Source of the DNA: Chloroflexota bacterium
GTDB taxonomy: Bacteria; Chloroflexota; Anaerolineae; Aggregatilineales; UBA3940
Direction of reading: 5' to 3'
Assembly: GCA_036679085.1 (NCBI GenBank)
Contig: JAZIGM010000048.1
Coordinates: forward strand, 12,002-76,001
Length of the DNA: 64,000 nucleotides
The notes under the pieces are model-generated. The model saw nothing but the letters and a program-made list of their open reading frames with translations. It was not told where the DNA came from and made no database searches. This document shows positions 53,844 to 61,015 of this stretch, one piece after another. Numbering within the stretch: position 1 is the first letter of the stretch; every line of letters begins with the position of its first letter. Made by a program: the position numbers and the translations under genes.

Positions 53844-53878
53844 GATAAATGTCGTGGCGATTAGTGGAGAGATTGGTT

Positions 53879-54373
53879 ATGTCTGACGGGTCCCGTCCGG
53901 TTTACCCACAGCAGTTCGAGTCCAAAGCTGAACCCATTGTCGATGCCAGGTATAAGCGGCAGGCATGGTGGCGGGTGACCTTCCCGGTCGTCCTAGCTGC
54001 CGTGCTGGCTGTCGTCTTTCTCGTCCTGCTGATCGTGCTCGGGGGCCCGACGGCTATCTCAGTTGTCGCGCGCTACGCCACGATCCTGCTCGTCGTGCTG
54101 CTGGGGTTTCCCCTTCTGCTGGTCACGCTCGGGCTGTTCGGCGGGCTGGTGTGGATGATGTCGAAGGCGCTGGAGAAAACGCCCCCGTACACGCGCAAGG
54201 CCCATGACTTCGTCGGGAACGTGTACCGCTTTACGGATGACGCAACCGACCGTGTCGTGGATGTGGTCATCAACGCGAGAAGCACGATGAGCGGTGTCAA
54301 TACCGCGCTGAGAGAGCTAGGGATCAAAACCGACCTACCGGACGAGGCCGAAGAGCCTCACCGGCAGATTTGA
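53879..54373 (+). CDS. Hypothetical membrane protein (3 TM)
   Basis: ATG 53879 is preferred over the track start 53849, given the promoter and RBS positions. Has a strongly hydrophobic core. Confidence 0.5.
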   Translation: MSDGSRPVYPQQFESKAEPIVDARYKRQAWWRVTFPVVLAAVLAVVFLVLLIVLGGPTAISVVARYATILLVVLLGFPLLLVTLGLFGGLVWMMSKALEKTPPYTRKAHDFVGNVYRFTDDATDRVVDVVINARSTMSGVNTALRELGIKTDLPDEAEEPHRQI

Positions 54374-54398
54374 CCAGCGGATCAAGAAGGAGACCAAT

Positions 54399-54677
54399 AT
54401 GGTGGATACAAGCAAGGTGAGGAACAAGGTGAGTCAGACGCTGGACAGCGCCCTCCAGCCCGTGCAGGAAATGGGCTGGCAGCCGAAGGTCTACGCCCTC
54501 GGCGGCCTGATAGGGCTGGCGCTGGGCCTGCTGACGGCGTACTTCTATGTCCGCTCGGTCGAAGAGCAGCAGGGGGCATTCGCCCGCCCGCAGGCCCCCA
54601 CCGCCGGCGACACCGTCAAGCTGGGACTCTCGCTGATGGGCGTGATCCGCAGCATTACGGAGTGGGCTGCCCGCTAG
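54399..54677 (+). CDS. Hypothetical small membrane protein (92 aa, 1 TM)
   Basis: ORF with a central TM helix (YALGGLIGLALGLLTAYFYV). Lies 25 nt after the previous gene. Confidence 0.45.
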   Translation: MVDTSKVRNKVSQTLDSALQPVQEMGWQPKVYALGGLIGLALGLLTAYFYVRSVEEQQGAFARPQAPTAGDTVKLGLSLMGVIRSITEWAAR

Positions 54678-54797
54678 CCGCCCCGCCACGCCGGGCGCAC
54701 TCTGCATCCTCGTACGGGCAGCATCAGGCTGCCCGTTTTTCGTCCCGCCGTCACCCGCCGATAGCAGCACTGGCTGCCCGGCGTTACAATCCCCTGC

Positions 54798-55958
54798 ATG
54801 TTCAGCCGCACCATCCGCTTCATCCGCGAGCTAGGGCCGCGCCGGGCTGCCGCCTGGCTGCTGCGAGCCGCCGTCGCCATCGCCGCACTGAGGCTTATCG
54901 CCCCGCGCCCCGCCTACGTCGTCATCGGCGCTCCGCAGACGGTCGACACCGCACACCCCATCACCTGCGTACACACGCGCCTCACCGACGAGGTCGAGGA
55001 GTGGAAGATCCAGCGCACGCTTCAGATGGTGCGCGAGATGGGCGCGCCGACCATCGTCGAGTTCTTCCCCTGGCCCTACATCGAGACAGCGCCCGGCCAG
55101 TACAACTGGGCCCGGTTCGACCGCATCGTCGAGCACGCCCGCGCGCAGGGCCTGACCGTTATCGCCCGGCTGGGGATGGTCCCTGCCTGGGCGCAGCCCG
55201 ACCCCGACGAGGTGGAACGAGACATCACGTACAACACGCTCCCGCCTGAGAGCGTCGATGATTTCGCCCGGTTTGTCGAGGCCTTCACCGCGCACTACCG
55301 GGGCCAGATCGACATGATTATCATCTGGAACGAGCCAAACCTGGCCTTTGAGTGGGGCTACGAGCAGCCCGACCCGCAGCGCTACATCGACCTGCTGCGC
55401 GCCGCCTACCCCGCCGCCCACCGGGGCAACCCGGACGTGACAGTGCTGGCCGGGGCGCTCGCGCCGACGCTGGAGCCGCCGGGCAGCCCGCACGGCCTGA
55501 ACGAGATCGACTACCTGACCGCGCTCTACGAGGCGGGCTTTAAGGACCTGTACGACGCCCTCGCCGTGCACACCTACGGCTTTAAGTTCCCGCCTGAGGA
55601 CCCACCCGCGCCCGACGTGCTGAACTTCCGCCGGGCCGAGTTGCTGCGCGAGATCATGGTGGCCTACGGCGACGAGAACAAGCCGGTCGTGATCACCGAG
55701 TCGGGCTGGAACGACCACCCGCGCTGGACGAAGGCCGTGCGGCCCGGCCAGCGCATCGCCTACACGCTCGGCGCCCTCGAATACGCCGAGGAGAACTGGC
55801 CGTGGGCCGAGGCGCTGTGCCTTTGGGCCTTCCGCTACCCTGCGCCCGTGCAGAGCTACCCGGACTACTTCACACTGGTCGGGCCGGACTTCACGCCGAA
55901 GCCCATCTACGACGCGGTTCAGGCCTGGGCACGCGGGATGGAGGTCGGCGAGCAATGA
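54798..55958 (+). CDS. Clan GH-A TIM-barrel glycoside hydrolase (GH5-like) with N-terminal anchor
   Basis: 386 aa. IIWNEPN (acid/base Glu context) and VVITESGW (nucleophile Glu context). Confidence 0.65.
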   Translation: MFSRTIRFIRELGPRRAAAWLLRAAVAIAALRLIAPRPAYVVIGAPQTVDTAHPITCVHTRLTDEVEEWKIQRTLQMVREMGAPTIVEFFPWPYIETAPGQYNWARFDRIVEHARAQGLTVIARLGMVPAWAQPDPDEVERDITYNTLPPESVDDFARFVEAFTAHYRGQIDMIIIWNEPNLAFEWGYEQPDPQRYIDLLRAAYPAAHRGNPDVTVLAGALAPTLEPPGSPHGLNEIDYLTALYEAGFKDLYDALAVHTYGFKFPPEDPPAPDVLNFRRAELLREIMVAYGDENKPVVITESGWNDHPRWTKAVRPGQRIAYTLGALEYAEENWPWAEALCLWAFRYPAPVQSYPDYFTLVGPDFTPKPIYDAVQAWARGMEVGEQ

Positions 55959-56767
55959 GCGGAGCTTGCCGGTCTGGAGGGGGGTTCCCCATCAGCCGCA
56001 TTCAACTGGTGGCGCTGATCACCCTTCTGACCCTGCTGCTGGCGCTCGCCGGGTGCGGGCCGGAGGACCCGGCCTGGGCGCGGGTGCAGGAGACAGGCGT
56101 GCTGCGCGTTGGCATGGACGCGGCTTACCCGCCCTTTGAGTCGCTTGATGAGAACGGGCAAGTCGTCGGCTTCGACGTGGACATGGCGCGGGAGATCGGG
56201 CGGCGGCTCGGGCTGGAGGTGCAGTTCGTCAACATCGCCTACGACGGGCTGTACGATGCGCTCGTTACCGGGCAGGTGGACGTACTGATTTCGGCGCTCG
56301 TGCCGGCCTACGGCACGGAGCGGGCCCGCTTCAGCGAGCCGTACTTTAACGCCGGGGATGTGCTTGTCGTGCCACCCGGCTCGTCTATCGAGGAGATGCG
56401 CGACCTAGGCGGGCGCACGCTCGCCGTCGAGTATGGCTCCGGCGGCGATGTCGAGGCGCGGAAGTGGGAGCGGCGCGTCGCCGCGCTGACCGTCGAGCGC
56501 TACGATACCCCGGCCAGCGCGCTCGACGCGGTGCTGGCAGGCGAGGCAGATGCCGCGCTGGTCGATGGGATTTCGGCGCGGCTGGCCGTCGGCCAGCATC
56601 CCGACGACCTCATGCTGGCGGAGGGCGTCACAGAGACCCTGTTCGCTATTGCCGTCCACGAGGACAGCAATATCTTGCTGCGGGAGATAAACACGCTCGT
56701 CGAGGAGATGATCGAGGACGGCACGCGCGACGCCCTGACGCAGAAGTGGTTCGGCGCGCCGTACTAA
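55955..56767 (+). CDS. Family 3 (amino acid-type) ABC substrate-binding lipoprotein
   Basis: 270 aa from the ATG overlapping the upstream stop (ATGA). LLLALAGCG lipobox. GVLRVGMDAAYPPFE..GFDVDMAREI. Confidence 0.8.
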   Translation: MSGACRSGGGFPISRIQLVALITLLTLLLALAGCGPEDPAWARVQETGVLRVGMDAAYPPFESLDENGQVVGFDVDMAREIGRRLGLEVQFVNIAYDGLYDALVTGQVDVLISALVPAYGTERARFSEPYFNAGDVLVVPPGSSIEEMRDLGGRTLAVEYGSGGDVEARKWERRVAALTVERYDTPASALDAVLAGEADAALVDGISARLAVGQHPDDLMLAEGVTETLFAIAVHEDSNILLREINTLVEEMIEDGTRDALTQKWFGAPY

Positions 56768-56821
56768 GCGAGACGGAAGGGCCTCGCGTGAGGCCCCGTG
56801 AGTGGCGGTCGGTGTCGACGC

Positions 56822-57022
56822 TCACGAGCGCCTGCGCAAGAATCCGAGGTGCCGCCACCAGAGATACATGACAACTGCGTATGCCACGACCCCGAGCACG
56901 GTGCCCACTGTCTCACCGACCAAGCCGATGACCTTCAGCAGCCCGGCAACGATCATGAACGCTGCTATAGCGGGCACCGAGGGGATGACCACGTTCCAAT
57001 AAACCCAACCGCGGATCCGCAT
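56822..57022 (-). CDS. Hypothetical small membrane protein (66 aa, 2 TM)
   Basis: Hydrophobic ORF preceded by GGGGAAGGA. Confidence 0.5.
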   Translation of the reverse strand: MRIRGWVYWNVVIPSVPAIAAFMIVAGLLKVIGLVGETVGTVLGVVAYAVVMYLWWRHLGFLRRRS

Positions 57023-57146
57023 GATCCTTCCCCTTTACTAGCGGGCGCCCAGGCGCCACCCTCACGACTCATCATAGTCGAATGGGGCGGTGTCCACAAT
57101 ACGCGCCACCCAGCCGTCAGTGGTGGCTAGCGCTCTCCTGTCACGG

Positions 57147-57773
57147 TCATGGCATCGGCGGATCCAGATCGGGCCGGGCGATGCGCATCAGGCTCCTCAG
57201 CCGGTCGGCGGCCCGCCGGTTGGCCTCGTTCTCCGGGTCATCCTCGCTCTCCGACGGCAGGTGCTTAAGGAGCTCGACGCCGGCATGCGTGATCTTGTAG
57301 CGACGAATGCTAGAGAAGGGGAGCGGGCGCGTGGAGACCAAAAAGCCACGGACCACTAGCACGGTTATGCTCTGCTTAGTCTCTGGCTCGGGCCAGATGC
57401 CTTGTGGTGATCGGGCGGCCTGCCGGAGGATCGTCCGGGCCTTCCAGTTGAGGTGTTTAATCACACGCCAGTGCATCGGTAACTCGTTCTGAGGGAAGAA
57501 CACACTGATGGGCAGGCCACCCTCCCACTGCGCCCGCAGAATGTCGATCAGTTCTTGATCAGTCAAGTCTCTCAATGGCGAGCCTGGCTTGAACATCATC
57601 CAGTCCTCGCCGTAGTTAGTGGCATCGGTACCCACGACACGCCCCTGCTCGTCGAACAGGTAGAACATACCGCAGTAGATACATTCCCCTTCCTCGGGAT
57701 GCAGGCGGAACACATCGCCCCCGCATATATTGCACTTTGAAAAATGAGCATCGTCGTGAGCGTTGTAAGTCAT
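57147..57773 (-). CDS. Hypothetical protein with an N-terminal Zn ribbon and a possible C-terminal winged-helix domain
   Basis: 208 aa. CNICGG..CIYCG. The segment ITVLVVRGFLVS..YKITHAGVELLKHL looks wHTH-like. Lies in a lower-GC patch. Confidence 0.5.
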   Translation of the reverse strand: MTYNAHDDAHFSKCNICGGDVFRLHPEEGECIYCGMFYLFDEQGRVVGTDATNYGEDWMMFKPGSPLRDLTDQELIDILRAQWEGGLPISVFFPQNELPMHWRVIKHLNWKARTILRQAARSPQGIWPEPETKQSITVLVVRGFLVSTRPLPFSSIRRYKITHAGVELLKHLPSESEDDPENEANRRAADRLRSLMRIARPDLDPPMP

Positions 57774-57864
57774 GGCACCACCCCCAGATTTATTTAAAGG
57801 ATTAGATCGTTAGCTCAGCAATTGCCGCGATCATGAGGTCGTTTGGGCCGATATAATCGATTTT

Positions 57865-58104
57865 TCATTCAATGGGTTCGCGAATTTCGTAACTGCCCTG
57901 CGGCGGGCGGTCAATCGGATCATCTGAGAGGATACCAGCAGTCTGCTCGATAAAGGCCAACCACGCGTCTTGATCGGCGAGCTCCTCTCGAACGGGCTGA
58001 ACGACGAGCACAACCTCCAACTCGGTGTCCGTGACACTCGTTGGAACTTCCAGCTTGAAAATACCATCCTCGCCGACATAAGCCCTTGTCTTGAACGTTT
58101 CCAT
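57865..58104 (-). CDS. Antitoxin-like small protein (VapB-like pattern), no recognisable toxin partner
   Basis: 79 aa. An N-terminal beta-strand segment (GIFKLEVPTSV..LEVVLVVQPV) and a tail W..FIEQTAGILSDDPIDRPPQGSYEIRE recall cyanobacterial/Chloroflexi PIN-associated antitoxins. Confidence 0.45.
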   Translation of the reverse strand: METFKTRAYVGEDGIFKLEVPTSVTDTELEVVLVVQPVREELADQDAWLAFIEQTAGILSDDPIDRPPQGSYEIREPIE

Positions 58105-58162
58105 CGTTCGCCCCTCTCATGGTTGGCCACCACTGCGATCATTATACAGCAGTAAATGATCC

Positions 58163-58220
58163 ACGAATAACACGAATGGCACGAATGAATGAAACGCAAG
58201 CCGCGACGTTCAGTCGCAGC
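58163..58220. repeat. Triple 9-nt repeat (cacgaataa cacgaatgg cacgaatga) followed by hairpin repeat gccgcgacgttcagtcgcagc and a T-run
   Basis: Read directly in the antitoxin-like/M23 intergenic region. Same architecture as 30165-30225, with a different 7-nt core. Confidence 0.7.
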
Positions 58221-58255
58221 GTTTTTCTACCTGTCGGCTCCGGGAACTATCGCCC

Positions 58256-59338
58256 CTACTCCTCGAACTGGATCTCCAGCCAGCTTGTGCGCCCCGCCTC
58301 GATGTACACCCGCTCCCGGTAGATCTTCCGCCCGGAGTTCACCGAGACGTCATACCAGCCCTGCGGCAGATCGCCGTAGGTGAAGTTCTCGCCAAGCTCG
58401 TCGTCCGGGTGGACCTCCCCCTCGGCGTATGTCGAGCCGTAACGTGGCATGTCCTCACCCGCAATGTGGATCGCCACGTCGGGCAGCGGCACGCCATCCG
58501 GCCCGGTGATCCGCCCGGCGAGCGTACCGTAGCCGGGGTACGGCATGATCCACAGGTCGGGGTTGCGGGTGCTGCCCGCGTAGTCCATCGGGTCGCCCAC
58601 GCGGACCTCGAAGTGCAGGTGCGCGCCGCCGTTCGCGATACCCGTGCCGCCGACCGCGCCGATGGCCTGCCCTGCCTCGACCGTCTCGCCGGGCTGCACG
58701 TCTATCGCCGAGAGATGGCCGTATAGCGCATAGACCGGCTGCCCGGCGTAGCTCGCGCCATCCAACTGCAGGATGATCACGTTGCCGTAGAACCCTGCAT
58801 CCGGGCCGATCACCGTCGCCTCATCCGAACCCGCGAAAAACACCGTCGAATCAGCCACGGCAAGAACGGGCGTGCCCTCCGGGTTCTGGAACTCAACACC
58901 GCTGTGGACGCGCAGACGCCCGCCGGACGTGCTGCCGTACGGATAGGTGCGGTCCAGGTAGTTACGGTACTCCGGGCCGATGGGCCGCTGCATCCAGTAG
59001 TGGTCGTTGGGAACCACCGCGCCGTTCTCCACCGGCGCATCACTCGGCAGGCTCACCTCGACGCTGCCGCCGCTCTCGTTCGGGTCGAGCGTCGGCGTTT
59101 CCGTCGCCGCCGGGACCGCCACAACGAGCGTTTCCTCGGCGGCAGGCGCGGCGGCCATCACTCCGGCCTCAGCCTCGGCCTGAGCAGGCGGCTCGGTTGC
59201 CACCGCCTCGCGCTCGATGACCGGCGCGGACGGCGTCTTGGTGGGCGTCGGCGCGAAGCTTTCCTGCGGTGCGCATCCGCCCACTATCAGCCCAACAAGA
59301 AGGAGTAGTAAGGATAAAGTTCCAGCTCGGCGCTGCAT
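58256..59338 (-). CDS. M23 family metallopeptidase lipoprotein with a C-terminal beta-sandwich domain
   Basis: 360 aa. LIVGGCA lipobox, HSGVEF and GGAHLHFEV Zn-site motifs. Confidence 0.85.
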   Translation of the reverse strand: MQRRAGTLSLLLLLVGLIVGGCAPQESFAPTPTKTPSAPVIEREAVATEPPAQAEAEAGVMAAAPAAEETLVVAVPAATETPTLDPNESGGSVEVSLPSDAPVENGAVVPNDHYWMQRPIGPEYRNYLDRTYPYGSTSGGRLRVHSGVEFQNPEGTPVLAVADSTVFFAGSDEATVIGPDAGFYGNVIILQLDGASYAGQPVYALYGHLSAIDVQPGETVEAGQAIGAVGGTGIANGGAHLHFEVRVGDPMDYAGSTRNPDLWIMPYPGYGTLAGRITGPDGVPLPDVAIHIAGEDMPRYGSTYAEGEVHPDDELGENFTYGDLPQGWYDVSVNSGRKIYRERVYIEAGRTSWLEIQFEE

Positions 59339-59343
59339 AGGCG

Positions 59344-60858
59344 CTATCTGAGACCCGTTCGCTCCTCAACTATGGAGAGCACTTCGTCTGCCAGGTTGCG
59401 ACCCTGCTCGCGCAGGGCAGCGATGTCGTCGCGCAGCCGGTTCGCGACCGCCTCGTCACGCAGGCTGCCCACGTTGATCAGCACGTTCAGGGCGGCGGCT
59501 TCGAGCGCCGCGCGTGCCATGTGCGCGCCCGCCGCCGCATCGCTCGCCGCGTTGATATTGCCATACCGCGCGGCAATCTTAAGCTGTCCCAGCGCATCGA
59601 TCACCCGCCGCGCCGTCTCCAGCGGAACTTCCGCCGCGTGGATCGTGGCCTCCTCGATGGCGTCGGCGCGGGCCGGGTCGTTCCGGTCTATGCGGAAGGC
59701 TTCGATCACTTCCCCGTATGCGGCGGCATCCGCATCGACAAGGTTAGCCAGTTCGCCGCGCAGTACATCCGTCTCCGAGGCGACAGCCTTCATTTCGGCT
59801 TCAACCTCGGCGTACCGCTTCTTGCCAATGGTTGTACGGGCGACCATGCCCGCAAGCGCCGCCGAGAGCGCCCCGACGAGCGCCGCCACCGCACCACCCC
59901 CCGGCGCGGGTTCGCCGCTTGCCACCGCCGAGATGAAGTCCTCAGGCGCAAGCTGCTTCTGCTCCTGCTGCTGAATTTGCCATTCGAGGATCTGCCCCGC
60001 CGGGTCGAACAGGTCAAGCTGCAGGTACCAGCGCGCCGCATCGACAAGCGCCTGCTCCGGGATCATGCCAACCAGTTCCGCCCGCGTGATCGTGCAGCCA
60101 TAGCGGGCCGCCTCCCGGCGGATCATCTCCTGCACGCGGTGGATGGGCGTGCGGGTGTAGTCGGTGAGGTTCATCGACACCTGCGCCTGCCCTTCAACGA
60201 GCAGGCCGAGCGCCTTCACGAAGCGCAGCCCGCCGCTGGAGTGGCGGATCGCCTTGGCGATCTCCTTCGCTATCTCGACGTTATCCGTATTGAGGTAGAC
60301 GTTATAGGCGATCAGCGGAGCGCGCGCGCCGATGACCGTCGCCCCCGCCGTGCCAAGCTCACGCGGGCCGAAGTCCGGCGCGCGGTCATCGTCGGTGGCG
60401 ATCACTTCTTTAAGCCCCTCGTACTCGCCCTGCCGCAGCACCGCGAGGTTTTCGCGCTCTGGCCGCGTCGCCGCGCGCTCGTACAGGTACACCGGGATGC
60501 CCAACTCCTCGCCCACGCGCTGCCCGAGCCGCCGCGCCATCTCGACGCAGGTTTCCATCGTCACGCCCCGGATGGGCACAAACGGCACCACGTCCGTCGC
60601 GCCGATGCGCGGGTGCTCGCCTTGATGCTGGGTCATATCGATCAACTCGGCAGCCGTGCGGATCGCCTCAAACGCTGCCTGCTCAACGGCTTCCGGCACG
60701 CCAACGAACGTCAGCACGGAGCGGTTGTGATCGGGGTCAGAACTGTAGTCCAGCACGGAGACGCCCGGCACGCTGCGGACGGCATCGACAATCTGCTCGA
60801 CCACTTCGAGCCGGCGGCCCTCGCTAAAATTCGGAATGCACTCGACCAGGGGTTTCAC
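59344..60858 (-). CDS. ftcD: Bifunctional glutamate formimidoyltransferase / formimidoyl-THF cyclodeaminase (FtcD)
   Basis: 504 aa. VECIPNFSEGR..HPRIGATDVVPFVP in the N-domain, with a helical cyclodeaminase C-domain. Confidence 0.9.
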   Translation of the reverse strand: MKPLVECIPNFSEGRRLEVVEQIVDAVRSVPGVSVLDYSSDPDHNRSVLTFVGVPEAVEQAAFEAIRTAAELIDMTQHQGEHPRIGATDVVPFVPIRGVTMETCVEMARRLGQRVGEELGIPVYLYERAATRPERENLAVLRQGEYEGLKEVIATDDDRAPDFGPRELGTAGATVIGARAPLIAYNVYLNTDNVEIAKEIAKAIRHSSGGLRFVKALGLLVEGQAQVSMNLTDYTRTPIHRVQEMIRREAARYGCTITRAELVGMIPEQALVDAARWYLQLDLFDPAGQILEWQIQQQEQKQLAPEDFISAVASGEPAPGGGAVAALVGALSAALAGMVARTTIGKKRYAEVEAEMKAVASETDVLRGELANLVDADAAAYGEVIEAFRIDRNDPARADAIEEATIHAAEVPLETARRVIDALGQLKIAARYGNINAASDAAAGAHMARAALEAAALNVLINVGSLRDEAVANRLRDDIAALREQGRNLADEVLSIVEERTGLR

Positions 60859-61015
60859 GTCGTCGACTCCTCGCTAATTCGGGGCATATAACAAACGGGC
60901 AGCGGGGCGGATTATAGCGTCTACCCTCAGACGGTCACAACCCGCCGCACTGCCCCAAATGTACCATATTGAAGCAAATCTTGACGTTGTGATGGCTTCT
61001 TTGCCGTATCCCGCC

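Noticed and set aside
53136-59338. Prophage or lysis cassette (holin-like protein plus M23 peptidase)
   Set aside because: There are no capsid, terminase, tail, integrase or att-like repeats. The two genes are 3.6 kb apart on opposite strands, with ordinary metabolic genes between them.
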